Origin: an uncultured Acidobacteriaceae bacterium
Lineage (GTDB): Bacteria; Acidobacteriota; Terriglobia; Terriglobales; Acidobacteriaceae
DNA length: 64,000 nt
Assembly (NCBI GenBank): GCA_963776535.1
Contig: CAVZNB010000019.1
Span: forward strand, 19,409 to 83,408
Direction: 5' to 3'
Part shown: piece after piece, positions 10,606-21,020 of the stretch
How the letters are laid out: each line of letters starts with the position of its first letter
Numbering within the stretch: position 1 is the stretch's first letter
The notes under the pieces: generated by a model
Seen by the model: only the letters and a program-made list of their open reading frames with translations
Told to the model about the DNA's origin: nothing
The model's database searches: none
Translations under genes and position numbers: made by a program

Positions 10606-11955
10606 ATGATGGATGCCCATAGTGTATTTCTGATCGGATCAGCGTTTGTCGCGGTGGTCGGCCTGATTGTGCTGATCGTCGTCTTCAAGCTGAATCCGTT
10701 TATTACGCTGCTGCTCACGTCGCTGGCGCTGGCGGTGGTGACGGGGATGCCGCTGACGACGGTGGTGCACTCGTTTGAAGCGGGCGTGGGCGCAACGCTG
10801 GGGCACATTGCGATTGTGGTGGCGCTGGGGACGATGCTGGGCAAGATGATGGCAGAGTCGGGCGGCGCGGACCAGGTTGCGCACACGCTGATTGACTGGT
10901 TCGGAGAGAAACGCGTGCATTGGGCCATGATGGTGATTGGCCTGGTGATTGGTCTGCCGGCATTTTTTGAAGTGGGCTTTGTGCTGCTGATTCCGATTGC
11001 GTTTACGGTGGCGCGGCGGACGGGGACATCGCTGATTCTTGTTGGACTGCCGATGGTGGCTGGGCTCTCGGTGGTGCATGGACTGGTGCCGCCGCATCCT
11101 GCGGCGCTGCTGGCGGTGACCATTTACAAGGCGGACGTGGGGCGCACGATTTTTTATGCGCTGCTGGTGGGGATTCCGACGGCGGTGGTGGCGGGTCCGC
11201 TGTACGCGAAGCTGATTGCGCCGCATATCCATTTACCGGCTGAGAATCCGATGGCCGCGGAGTTTGTGGATGAAGGCCAGGAGCGCAGCCGGCCGGGATT
11301 CTGGCTGACGCTGTTCACCATTCTGTTTCCGGTGGTACTGATGCTGGTGGGTAGCTGGGCGGATGCGATTGCGACGCCGAAGAGCGCGGTGAACGAGGGA
11401 TTGCATCTGGTGGGCAACGACGACATGGCGCTGCTGATTGGCGTGCTGCTGAGCTTTTATACGCTGGGGCGGATGCGGGGATTTACGCGCGCAACGATTC
11501 TGCGTTTCAGCAACGAGTGCCTGGCGCCGACGGCGACGATTACGCTGCTGGTGGGCGCGGGCGGAGGGTTCGGCAGGATTTTGCAGGACAGCGGCGTGTC
11601 GCAGGCGATTATCGGCGTGGCGATGCACAGCCATGTGCCGCTGCTGCTGCTGGCGTGGATGCTGGCGGCGCTGATGCGGCTGGCGACGGGTTCGGCGACG
11701 GTGGCGATGACGACGGCGGCGGGCATTGTTGCGCCGATTGCATTGCAGGCGACGGGCGTGCATCCGGAGCTGCTGGCGATTGCCACCGGAGCGGGGTCGC
11801 TGATCTTTTCGCACGTGAACGACGGCGGGTTCTGGCTGGTGAAGGAGTACTTCAACATGAGCGTGGCCGACACCATGAAGACCTGGTCGGTGTGCGAGAC
11901 GATTATTTCAGTGATGGCGCTGCTGCTGACGCTGGGTCTGGCGTGGGTGATGTGA
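10606..11955 (+). CDS. GntP-family sugar-acid:H+ symporter
   Basis: KLNPFITLL, GKMMAESGGADQ, HGLVPPHP, GSATVAMTTAAG and SHVNDGGFWLVKEYF. Confidence 0.93.
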   Translation: MMDAHSVFLIGSAFVAVVGLIVLIVVFKLNPFITLLLTSLALAVVTGMPLTTVVHSFEAGVGATLGHIAIVVALGTMLGKMMAESGGADQVAHTLIDWFGEKRVHWAMMVIGLVIGLPAFFEVGFVLLIPIAFTVARRTGTSLILVGLPMVAGLSVVHGLVPPHPAALLAVTIYKADVGRTIFYALLVGIPTAVVAGPLYAKLIAPHIHLPAENPMAAEFVDEGQERSRPGFWLTLFTILFPVVLMLVGSWADAIATPKSAVNEGLHLVGNDDMALLIGVLLSFYTLGRMRGFTRATILRFSNECLAPTATITLLVGAGGGFGRILQDSGVSQAIIGVAMHSHVPLLLLAWMLAALMRLATGSATVAMTTAAGIVAPIALQATGVHPELLAIATGAGSLIFSHVNDGGFWLVKEYFNMSVADTMKTWSVCETIISVMALLLTLGLAWVM

Positions 11956-11997
11956 TCGAAGGCGAGATCAGTTCAAAGATTTCAGTTCTGGATAAGG

Positions 11998-13239
11998 ATG
12001 GATGGAATGAGTGAGGGATGGTTGCTGCGGGGAGTTGGGCGGCGGGAGTTTTTGAAGGGTGCGGGAGCTATGGCTTTGGCGCATTCCGCGCTGGGCCGGG
12101 CGCAGATGGGCGCGCGGCGAAGCAAGGTGCTGGCCTATGTGGGCACGTACACGGGCGCGGTGGGCGCGGGCAGTAATGGCGAGGGGATTTACCGGTTCGC
12201 TATGAATGAGAAGACAGGCGCCTTGACCGAGCGCGCACTGGCGGCGAAGACGCCGTACCCGTCGTGGATTGCAATTCATCCTTCGAAGAAGTATCTGTAC
12301 GCGGTGAACGAAATCAGCGACTACAACGGAAACAGCGGCTCGGTGAGCGCGTTTGCGATTGACGAGGCGAACGGAGATTTGACGGCGCTGAACGTGGTGA
12401 GCTCAGAGGGCGCGGGACCGTGCTATCTGAGCATCGACGCCAAGGGCAAGCATGCGTATGTGGCGAACTATGGTGGAGGCAGCGTGGCGGTGCTGCCGAT
12501 TCTTGAAGGTGGACGACTGGGAGCGGCGACGGGCGTGCATCGCGATGCGGGGAAGCTGGGCGCTGCGCAAGCGAAGGATGCGCCGGCGGGAAGCTTTGCT
12601 GTGAGTGGACACGATGTTCCGCATGCGCACACGATTTTGCCCGACCCGCTGGGCAAGTTTGTGCTGGCGACGGACCTGGGACTGGATGCGATTTATGTGT
12701 ATCGCATTGATGAGAGTACGGGAACGGTTAGCTTTGGCGATGGCGTGGAGGGTGCGCGGCTGCCCACCGGCGATGGGCCGCGGCATCTTGTGTTTTCTGT
12801 CGATGGGAAGTGGGTCTACTCGATCCAAGAGGAGTCGTCAACGATTGCGGTCTACAGGTATGACTCCGGGACAGGGACGTTGACCGCGCAGCAGACGGTC
12901 TCCGCGCTGCCGGAGGGTTTTGCGGGAACGAGTTTTGCTGCGGAGATTCTGGTTTCCGTGGATGGGCGATTTTTGTATGCGTCGAACCGGCTGCACGACA
13001 CCATTGCGGTGTTCGCGATTGGTGCGGACGGCAATTTGAAGTGGCTGGGCGAGACGTCGACGATGGGGGATTATCCGGGGCAGTGCCGCATCGATCCCAC
13101 GGGCAATTTCCTCTATGCGTGCAACCGGCGGAGCGACAGCATTACCTGCTTCAGAATTCATCGCGAGACAGGCCTGCTGGCGTTTACGGCGCGGTATACG
13201 GCGGTGGGCAGCCCGGGGAGTATTACGTTCCTGGGGTAG
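11998..13239 (+). CDS. Lactonase, 6-phosphogluconolactonase (Pgl/YbhE) beta-propeller family, with Tat signal
   Basis: RREFLKG twin-arginine motif; YVGTYT, YVANYGGGS, PHAH, DLGLD, GPRH and YASNR. Confidence 0.9.
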   Translation: MDGMSEGWLLRGVGRREFLKGAGAMALAHSALGRAQMGARRSKVLAYVGTYTGAVGAGSNGEGIYRFAMNEKTGALTERALAAKTPYPSWIAIHPSKKYLYAVNEISDYNGNSGSVSAFAIDEANGDLTALNVVSSEGAGPCYLSIDAKGKHAYVANYGGGSVAVLPILEGGRLGAATGVHRDAGKLGAAQAKDAPAGSFAVSGHDVPHAHTILPDPLGKFVLATDLGLDAIYVYRIDESTGTVSFGDGVEGARLPTGDGPRHLVFSVDGKWVYSIQEESSTIAVYRYDSGTGTLTAQQTVSALPEGFAGTSFAAEILVSVDGRFLYASNRLHDTIAVFAIGADGNLKWLGETSTMGDYPGQCRIDPTGNFLYACNRRSDSITCFRIHRETGLLAFTARYTAVGSPGSITFLG

Positions 13240-13281
13240 CGGCGAGTGAGCGAGCCGGCATGAGTCCAGGGCGCTGGGGCT

Positions 13282-14919
13282 TCATACGCCGATGATTTCG
13301 CCATGGTTGTCGAGATCGATGGCGAGGGCGCGGGGCGAGCTGGGCAGGCCGGGCATGAGCATCATGTTGCCGGCTACGGCAACGACGAAGCCGGCGCCGG
13401 CGGAGAGCAGCGCATCCGTGATGTTGAGTGTCCAGCCGGTGGGCGCGCCGGTGATCTTTGGATTGTCGGTGAGCGAGTACTGCGTTTTGGCGATGCAGAC
13501 GGGCAACGCGGCGAATCCCCACTCCGCGTAGCGCTCGAGCTTGGCCTGGGCTTGAGGGCTGATGGAAACCTCACCGGCGCCGTAGACCCGTGTGGCGACC
13601 GAGCGAATTTTTTCTTCGAATGAATCTTGCAGGAAATAGGCAGAATGGACGTCCGGCGCGGGATGGGCGGCGATGGTGGAGACGACAGTCTGCGCCAGAT
13701 TAACTGCGCCCAGGCCGCCCTGGGTGAAGGCTTCCACAATGGAACTGGGGACGGACATGCGCCCACATTCCTGGGCGATGGCTTCGAGTTCGGCCGCCTG
13801 GTCGGCGGGGAAGCGATTGATGGCGACGACGACAGGGACGCCGAAGTTTTTGAGCGAAGCAATGTGGTGCGCGAGGTTACTGAAGCCGGCTTTGAGTATG
13901 CCCTGGCCCTGTGCGCGCAGGCTTTGCACGCTGGTGACGAGCACCGCGAGGGCGGGCTGAATGCCGGAGGAGCGCATGGCGATGTCGAAGTATTTTTCCG
14001 CGCCCAGGTCGGAGGCGAAGCCGGCTTCGTTGACCACGTAGTCGGCGAGGCGAAGAGCCATCTGCTGCGAGAGCACGCTGCAGGTGCCGTGGGCGATGTT
14101 GGCGAAGGGGCCGGTGTGGACCAGCGCGGGCGTGCCTTCGGTGGTCTGCACCAGGTTGGGCAACAGGGCTTCGCTGAGCAGGGCCAGCATGGCGCCGGTT
14201 GCGCCGAGATCGGCTGCGGTGACGGGCCGGCCGGAGCGGTTGACGCCGATGACGATGGAGCCGATGCGGCGGCGCAGATCGGGCAGGCTGGAGGCGAGGC
14301 CGAGGATGGCCATGATCTCTGACGCGGCGGTGATGACGAAGCCGGTTTCGCGGCTGGCGCCCTCGCCCTTGGAACCCACAGCGACGGTGATACGGCGCAG
14401 GGCGCGGTCGTTGACGTCCAGGGCGCGCGGCCAGGAGATTTGCGCGGGATCGAGATCGAGCTGGTTGCCGTGGAACAGATGCGAGTCAATCATGGCGGCC
14501 AGCAGGTTGTGCGCGGCGGTGATGGCGTGGAAGTCGCCGTGGAAGTGGAGGTTGATCTTCTGGCTGGGCTCTACCTGTGAAAGCCCACCGCCGGCAGCGC
14601 CTCCCTTGAGGCCGAAGACGGGGCCGAGCGAGGGCTCGCGCGAGGTGACGATGGACTTGCAGCCGATGCGTTCCAGACCCTGGGCCAGGCCGATGGAGAC
14701 CACCGTTTTGCCTTCGCCGGAGACGGTGGGGGTGGTGGCCGTGACCAGGATGAATTTGCCGCGCACGGGGAAGGCCGGATCGGTGAGCAGATCGAGCTTG
14801 AGCTTAGCGCCGTAAGTGCCCAGCGTCTCGTAGTGGTGCGGTGCAAGGTTGAGCCTGGCGGCGATGTCCTGGATGGGGAAGAGGGCGATATTCATGGTCG
14901 GCATGGATGTAGCGGTCAT
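13282..14919 (-). CDS. fhs: Formate--tetrahydrofolate ligase
   Basis: TPTVSGEGKT, REPSLGPVFGLKGGAAGGG, NLHFHGDFHAIT, GPFANIAHG, EAGFASDLGAEK, CIAKTQYS and MPGLP. Confidence 0.96.
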   Translation of the reverse strand: MTATSMPTMNIALFPIQDIAARLNLAPHHYETLGTYGAKLKLDLLTDPAFPVRGKFILVTATTPTVSGEGKTVVSIGLAQGLERIGCKSIVTSREPSLGPVFGLKGGAAGGGLSQVEPSQKINLHFHGDFHAITAAHNLLAAMIDSHLFHGNQLDLDPAQISWPRALDVNDRALRRITVAVGSKGEGASRETGFVITAASEIMAILGLASSLPDLRRRIGSIVIGVNRSGRPVTAADLGATGAMLALLSEALLPNLVQTTEGTPALVHTGPFANIAHGTCSVLSQQMALRLADYVVNEAGFASDLGAEKYFDIAMRSSGIQPALAVLVTSVQSLRAQGQGILKAGFSNLAHHIASLKNFGVPVVVAINRFPADQAAELEAIAQECGRMSVPSSIVEAFTQGGLGAVNLAQTVVSTIAAHPAPDVHSAYFLQDSFEEKIRSVATRVYGAGEVSISPQAQAKLERYAEWGFAALPVCIAKTQYSLTDNPKITGAPTGWTLNITDALLSAGAGFVVAVAGNMMLMPGLPSSPRALAIDLDNHGEIIGV

Positions 14920-15035
14920 AAAGGCTCCCGATCAGTTTCCGCGAGATACTATACGCCGCGGAAATGAGGGCGCGGTGTGATGGATAAACATTGCGGGCAG
15001 GCGCGGAATTGAGCGCCTTACCCGTCGGGAAGTGC

Positions 15036-17864
15036 CTATTTTGGCAACGAGTTGAGCTTGTCGAGGGTGCGCTTCAGATCGTCGAGTTTCTGGCCGGCCT
15101 CAGAGAGCTTTCCTTCGGCGGTGAGGCGCTGGTAGTCGGAGAAGTCCCTGCCTGCCTGGGCAACGAGCGACTTGAGATTGTCGGCCGGCTGGGCGGGGGC
15201 GGGCGATCCGGGTTCGGGCGCGGCGCGTGGAGCTTCAGAGGCGCTCAGCGTGGACGAGTCTGTACCGAAAAGAGACGCAAGCGCGCCCTCGAAGCTAGGC
15301 GCGTAGGCCAGGCGGTCTTGCAGGGCGAGGACCACGAGGCGCAGTTCGGGCATGGGGCTGCTGCTGGCCTGCAGGTAGATGGGCTCGGCGTAGAGCAGTG
15401 CGCGTCCGCAGGGGATGACAATCAGGCTGCCGCGGCGCACGCGGGAGCCCTGCTGATTCCACAGGGTCAGCTGGCCGGAGAGCTGTGCGTTCTGGTCGAT
15501 GCGCGCCTCAATCTGCTGGGGGCCGTCGACCAGGCGGGTCTTGGGGAAGTCGTAGACGATGGAGGTGCCGTAGTGCTCGCCGTCGCTGCGGCCGGCGATC
15601 CAGCCGATCAGGTTGTTGCGGTTGGCGGGGGTGAAGGGCAGAATCTCCACAAACTCCAGGCCGTCTTCGCCGGGGAGTTTCATGAGCACAAAGTTGGGCT
15701 GCATGGCCTGCGTGGTCTGCTCTCCGCCCTGCGCCATGCCGGTCTCGGTGGCGACGGTCCACAGGTCTTCGCGGTTGTAGAAGACCTCAGGGTTGGTCAT
15801 GTGGTAGAGGCCGTAGACCTCGGCCTGCAGGCTGAGCAACAGCTCTGGATAGCGGACATGCTTGTGCATCCAGGCGGGCATGGCCGAGGAATCTTTGAAG
15901 AGGCTGGGGAAAATGCCGCGATAGGCGGCGAGGATGGGGTCGTTGCTGTCAAAGACGTAAAAGGTGACGGTGCCGTCGTAGGCGTCGATGACCGCCTTGA
16001 CGCTGTTGCGCATGTAATTGAGGGAAAGATCGCCCAGAGCGCGATGGGCTGAATAAGGATACGTATCGGACGAAGTGAAGGCGTCCATCACCCAGGAGAG
16101 GCGGCCGTCGTCGCCGACCACGATGTAGGGGTCCTGATCGAAGGTGAGGAACGGCGCGAGGGCGGCGACACGGTCGCGAAGATTGCGGCGCATGAGCAGG
16201 CGGCTCTGGGAGTTGACGTCGTCGCTGAAGGGGAGCTTGGCAATGTCGCCGCGGTCGAAGGCGATGAAGAGCCGGCGCATGAATCCGCCCAGCACAATGC
16301 CGCCGCTGCCGTTGTAGGAGGTGAGATTGTTGCTCTGGCCTTCAGGGTAGTTGAACTCCTGCTGGCGGGTCTTCACGTAGACGTCGGTGTTGGTCATCTC
16401 GCCAAAATAGATTTCAGGCCGGGTGACATTGAGGCCCTGCACGGTGCTCTGCACGGGCATGTTGCTCAGCATCAGCGTGGGCAGGCCTTCGGGGGTGAAT
16501 CCGTTGACGGGGTTCATGGTGATGCCGTAGCCGTGGGTGTAGATGAGCTTGTCGTTGATCCAGTTGCGGCTGCTCTCGGGCAGCTTGTCCACGTTCAGCT
16601 CGCGGGCGGCCAGCATCACTTCGCGCTGCGCGCCGTCAATTTGATAGCGGTCGATGTCGATATCGGGAAAGTCGTAGTAGGTGCGAATCTCCTGGATCTG
16701 GCGCAGGGTGTCTTTCAGGGCTTCCACGTCCCACAGGCGGATGTTCTGCAACGTGGCCTGATTGTTGGCAGGGTCGGTTGCGCCCACGGTGGTTTCAGCG
16801 GGGAACTCGTGCTGCTGAAAGGAGTCCAGGCCGTAGGCCTTGCGCGTCAACTGGATGTTGTAAGCGATGTAGGGCTGCTCGCGGACCAGTTCATTGGGCT
16901 TGACCAGGAAGCTGGTCACATACCAGCCGGCCACACCGGTGACGACGAAGCAAAGGATGGCGGGTAGAACGGCGACGATGAGCCAGCGGCCGCGCGGGTT
17001 GGCGATGGCGGTGACCACGGCGATGAGCGCGCCCAGAGCGAGCGCCGCGGCGATGAACAACATGCCGGTGAGGGTGACGTGTGCGTCGGTGTAGCTGACG
17101 CCGTCGAAGATGGTGTGGTGCTCGAAGAGAAGTTCGAAGCGGCTGATGTACTCGCGCAGGGCGAGGACGACGAGGAGAAAGCCGACGGAGAGGGAGATTT
17201 CACGCCAGGGTAGGGCAATGCCGCCGGAAATGCGGCCGCTAAGGGCGCGTGAGCCGCCGGTGATGAGCAGAAACAGGACGGCGAGGACGCAGGTGAGAAT
17301 GGCGAGCGTGAGCAGCCAGCCCGCGATGAGCTGCCAGGCAGGCAACGTGAAGAGGTAGAAGTTGAGCGAACGGCCGAAGATGGGGTCTGCGAAGCTTCCC
17401 GGCGAGCCGGCGGCAGCCTGCGGGGCGTACCAGTAAAGCGCGAGCGTGGTCCACTGCGCCTGCATGGCGGCGGCAGTGGCCAGGGCGATGAGGGCGCTGA
17501 CCGCGAGGGCGATGAGGCGCAGAACGGGCGCGACAGGCAGCTTGACCTCGTTGCCGCCGACGAAGATGGAGTGATGCTCCGGCAGGTCAGACGCGTGGGC
17601 GCGCCTGAACGCGGAGAAGACGCCGAAGAGAAACAGGAAGGTGGCCACGGCCGATGCGGCAAAGATGCCCCACTCCAGGCCGCGCGACTTCCAGAAGACG
17701 GGCGCGTAGCCGAGCGATTGAAACCAGAGCAGATCCACCCAGTAAGAGATGGCGGTGCGGCTGCCAAAGATGAGGATGGCCACGGCGGCCAGAACGAAAA
17801 GAACGATGCGGCGGCGCGGGCGGGACGGCTTGATGGGGACCGGCCAATCGATGGATTCGTGCAA
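15036..17864 (-). CDS. UPF0182 family membrane protein
   Basis: DLLWFQSLGY, DPIFG..FYLFTLP, NIRLWD, YTHGYG, PEIYFGE, NYMRNSVKAVIDAYDG and YAEPIYLQ. Confidence 0.93.
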   Translation of the reverse strand: MHESIDWPVPIKPSRPRRRIVLFVLAAVAILIFGSRTAISYWVDLLWFQSLGYAPVFWKSRGLEWGIFAASAVATFLFLFGVFSAFRRAHASDLPEHHSIFVGGNEVKLPVAPVLRLIALAVSALIALATAAAMQAQWTTLALYWYAPQAAAGSPGSFADPIFGRSLNFYLFTLPAWQLIAGWLLTLAILTCVLAVLFLLITGGSRALSGRISGGIALPWREISLSVGFLLVVLALREYISRFELLFEHHTIFDGVSYTDAHVTLTGMLFIAAALALGALIAVVTAIANPRGRWLIVAVLPAILCFVVTGVAGWYVTSFLVKPNELVREQPYIAYNIQLTRKAYGLDSFQQHEFPAETTVGATDPANNQATLQNIRLWDVEALKDTLRQIQEIRTYYDFPDIDIDRYQIDGAQREVMLAARELNVDKLPESSRNWINDKLIYTHGYGITMNPVNGFTPEGLPTLMLSNMPVQSTVQGLNVTRPEIYFGEMTNTDVYVKTRQQEFNYPEGQSNNLTSYNGSGGIVLGGFMRRLFIAFDRGDIAKLPFSDDVNSQSRLLMRRNLRDRVAALAPFLTFDQDPYIVVGDDGRLSWVMDAFTSSDTYPYSAHRALGDLSLNYMRNSVKAVIDAYDGTVTFYVFDSNDPILAAYRGIFPSLFKDSSAMPAWMHKHVRYPELLLSLQAEVYGLYHMTNPEVFYNREDLWTVATETGMAQGGEQTTQAMQPNFVLMKLPGEDGLEFVEILPFTPANRNNLIGWIAGRSDGEHYGTSIVYDFPKTRLVDGPQQIEARIDQNAQLSGQLTLWNQQGSRVRRGSLIVIPCGRALLYAEPIYLQASSSPMPELRLVVLALQDRLAYAPSFEGALASLFGTDSSTLSASEAPRAAPEPGSPAPAQPADNLKSLVAQAGRDFSDYQRLTAEGKLSEAGQKLDDLKRTLDKLNSLPK

Positions 17865-18039
17865 GGTTTTACTCCACTTTCCCTGGTGCTTCGGGTTGAG
17901 AAACGCTGAAACTGCGCAGTGCGCAGTGGCTTCGGCGGATGCGCCGGCGCCGGTAATCGTACACCCTCCACTTTAGCCCCTTTGGCAGGGTTTTGCTGGC
18001 GGGGATGGCAAACAACGGAGGCCGGCGAGAGGCCACGCA

Positions 18040-18068
18040 TTGTTTCGTGGAGCCCATTTTGATACTAT
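18040..18068 (+). promoter_or_regulatory. Sigma70-type promoter of the cys leader/operon
   Basis: TTGTTT (18040-45), 17-nt spacer, TACTAT (18063-68), with extended -10 TG at 18060-61. Confidence 0.65.
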
Positions 18069-18147
18069 GAACGTACACATGGTTCGTGCTGCTCACAGCT
18101 CGTCTTGTTGTCGCCTGTCGAACATCTTCGACGGGTGTCTGTTCTAG
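18067..18147 (+). CDS. Putative cysteine-sensing leader peptide (MNVHMVRAAHSSSCCRLSNIFDGCLF; alternative start ATG 18079)
   Basis: 26-codon ORF below the ORF-track cutoff, with tandem TGT-TGT at 18106-18111 and a third TGT at 18136. Lies upstream of cysD and overlaps alternative hairpins. Confidence 0.7.
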   Translation: MNVHMVRAAHSSSCCRLSNIFDGCLF

Positions 18148-18234
18148 TCTTCGATCTCCGCAACAATCGATCCAGACGACTCACCCGTTGCTGAACAGCC
18201 GGGTCTGTCCCCATGCGTCGTGCCGGCCTTCAGC
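18112..18234 (+). promoter_or_regulatory. Alternative RNA structures (attenuator-like) in the cys leader
   Basis: 18112-22 CGCCTGTCGAA pairs with 18127-37 TTCGACGGGTG. The latter segment alternatively pairs with 18182-90 CACCCGTTG (plus 18138-41 with 18173-76). A further stem pairs 18190-202 with 18223-34. Confidence 0.6.
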
Positions 18235-18260
18235 GCTTCCCTAGGAAACCAGAGGTCAGC

Positions 18261-19235
18261 ATGCCGATTGCCGCGAGCGAAACACTGCCAACATCGAGAA
18301 CAACAGGGCGCACCGGTCCTGAAGAACTGCGCGGGCCGGAGCGGTTCAGCCACCTGCGCCTGCTTGAGGCTGAGAGCATCCACATTCTGCGCGAGGTCGC
18401 GTCTGAGTTCGAGCGGCCGGTGATGCTCTACTCCATCGGCAAGGATTCCTCGGTGATGCTGCGGCTGGCGCAGAAAGCCTTCTATCCGGGTCCGATTCCG
18501 TTTCCGCTGCTGCATATCGATACCGGCTTCAAGTTCAGGGAGATGATCGAATTTCGTGACGCGATGGCACGCGAGGTGGGAGCGGAACTGCTGGTGTGGC
18601 GCAATGAGACGGCCATCGCGGCCGGCACGAATCCAATTGCGCTGGACACCAAGCGCTGCTGCGGCCTGCTGAAGACGCAGGCGCTGCTGGATGCGCTGAA
18701 GCACTACAACTTCGACGCGGCCTTTGGCGGTGCGCGGCGCGATGAAGAAAAGTCCCGCGCCAAGGAGCGCATCTACTCCTTCCGCGACACCGCGGGCCAG
18801 TGGGACCCGAAGAACCAGCGGCCGGAGTTGTGGAACCTGTACAACGCGCGCATTCATCCCGGCGAAAGCATTCGCGTCTTTCCGCTCTCCAACTGGACGG
18901 AGATGGACGTGTGGCAGTACATCCACGAGGAAGAGATTCCGGTGGTGGATCTCTACTTTGCGAAAGAGCGGCCCATGTTTGTGCGTGGCGATGGATTGCT
19001 GCCAATTGAGCAGGAGTTTGTGGCGCGCATCGGTGAGAAGCCGCAGATGGTGAAGTCGCGGCTGCGCTCGCTGGGATGCAGCCCTTGCACGGGCGCCATA
19101 CGGTCGGACGCGGAGACCATTCCGGAAATCATTGCGGAGCTGATTTCGTTTCGCTCTTCGGAGCGGGCCAACCGCGTAATCGATCACGATCAGGAAGGGT
19201 CAATGGAGTTGAAGAAGCGGGAAGGGTACTTCTGA
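18261..19235 (+). CDS. cysD: Sulfate adenylyltransferase subunit 2
   Basis: [57 protein letters not shown] and [10 protein letters not shown]. Confidence 0.97.
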   Translation: MPIAASETLPTSRTTGRTGPEELRGPERFSHLRLLEAESIHILREVASEFERPVMLYSIGKDSSVMLRLAQKAFYPGPIPFPLLHIDTGFKFREMIEFRDAMAREVGAELLVWRNETAIAAGTNPIALDTKRCCGLLKTQALLDALKHYNFDAAFGGARRDEEKSRAKERIYSFRDTAGQWDPKNQRPELWNLYNARIHPGESIRVFPLSNWTEMDVWQYIHEEEIPVVDLYFAKERPMFVRGDGLLPIEQEFVARIGEKPQMVKSRLRSLGCSPCTGAIRSDAETIPEIIAELISFRSSERANRVIDHDQEGSMELKKREGYF

Positions 19236-19241
19236 AGACGA

Positions 19242-19270
19242 GGGAATAGGGGACTAGGGACTCGGGGACT
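19242..19270. repeat. Short tandem 7/8-mer repeat (GGGACTA-type)
   Basis: GGGAATA-GGGGACTA-GGGACTC-GGGGACT in the cysD-cysN intergenic region. Confidence 0.7.
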
Positions 19271-19288
19271 GCAAGCTGGGAGGTTGGA

Positions 19289-21020
19289 TTGGCGGTAGCG
19301 GATTACGAGGAAGAGAAGTTCGAGATTGAAGACTTTCTGGCGCAGGAGCGTGAGAAAGATCTGCTGCGCTTTTCGACGGCGGGGAGTGTGGACGATGGCA
19401 AGTCGACGCTGATCGGACGGCTGCTCTACGACACGCAATCCGTGTACGAAGACCAGGTGCGCTCGATTGAAGGCAAGGGGACCACGGCGCCGGGACAGAT
19501 TGATTTTGCGCTGCTGACGGATGGGCTGCGCGCGGAGCGGGAGCAGGGAATCACCATCGATGTTGCCTATCGCTACTTCTCGACGGCGCGACGCAAGTTC
19601 ATCATCGCGGATACGCCGGGGCACGAGCAGTACACGCGCAACATGGCCACCGGGGCTTCGACGGCGGACGCGGCAGTGGTGCTGATCGACGCGGCCAAGG
19701 GCGTGCTGGTGCAGTCGCGGCGGCACGCGTACATCGCCTCGCTGCTGCGCGTGAAGCACGTGCTGGTGGCCGTGAACAAGATGGACCTGATCGGCTACGA
19801 TGAGGCGGCTTTCCGGGCGATCGAACGCGATTTCACCCAGGTTCTGGACGCGATTGCGGCGGATACGGGCAATGCGGTGGAGGCGGGGTTTGTTCCGGTG
19901 AGCGCGCTGGCCGGGGACAACGTGGTGCACCGCACAGATGCCATGCCGTGGTACGCCGGGCCGTCGCTGCTGGAGTTGCTGGAGGCGCTGCCGCCTGCGC
20001 GGGAGACGCACACCGCGCCGTTCCGCTTTCCGGTGCAACGCGTGATCCGGCCCGATCACACCTTTCGCGGATTCGCGGGACAGATTGCCTCCGGCACGAT
20101 TCGCGCAGGCGACAGGATCACCGTGCTGCCTTCGGGAAGAAGCGCGAAGGTGGCGCGGATTGTTACGTTCGACGGCGAACTGGAACGGGCGCAGGCGCCG
20201 CTTTCAGTAACGCTGGTGCTCGATCGCGAACTCGACATCAGCCGCGGCGATCTGATTGCAGCGGCAGATGCCGCGCCGAGCGTGACGCGGCATATCGGCG
20301 CATCGCTGGTGTGGATGGACGCGCGGCCGCTCGAGTTGAACCGGCGCTATCTGCTGAAACACACCAGCCATACGGTTCCGGCATTCGTCGCATCGATCGA
20401 GCACCGCACCAATATCGGCACGCTGGCGCACGAGGCGGCCGAGACGCTGGAGATGAATGCCATCGGCGCGGTGAAGCTGGAACTGCTGCGGCCCATTGCG
20501 CTGGATGCGTATGCGGAGAATCGCGGCACGGGTGCGTTCATCCTGATTGATGCGGCGAGCAACAGCACGGTAGCCGCGGGAATGATTACGGCCGTAGCAA
20601 ACGACACGTCGGACGGCGAGGATGATGTGGCTACGCTCTCCGGGCCGGTGACGGCTGCGGAACGCGCGGCGCGCTGGGGCCACCAGGGCGGCGTGTTGGC
20701 GTTGGACGGACCGGCGGAACTGATCGACGCAATTGAGCGCTCGCTGTTTGCAACAGGCGTGATTACGCAGCGCATCGACAGGCAGCGACGCAGGTATTCG
20801 CAGTGCAGCCGGGCTGCTGGAATCGATCGCACGTCTGAATGTACAGGATGGATTTCTGGTTCTCGATGTGACAGCAAACGAGAGCGAGCAGCTAGTGGCG
20901 CAAGTGGGCGAGCAGCGCGTGGTTGCGCAGGCCGTGCATCGCAACGCAGCGGTGGCAGCGGTGCACCGGCTGCTGCATGAAACAGCAATTCTGCACGACA
21001 CAGAGAGGGCGGGACTGTAA
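19289..21020 (+). CDS. cysN: Sulfate adenylyltransferase subunit 1 with degenerate C-terminal CysC-like domain; frameshift near 20780
   Basis: LLRFSTAGSVDDGKSTLIGRLL, EQGITIDVAYRYF, DTPGHEQYTRNM, NKMD and GAFILID. TTG start after GGGAGG. The corrected frame ends at TAA 21018-20, overlapping the cysH ATG. Confidence 0.92.

Noticed and set aside
14920-15035. ZTP/THF riboswitch upstream of fhs
   Set aside because: No consensus found; only an 8-bp inverted repeat (TTTCCGCG/CGCGGAAA) around a likely -10 box.
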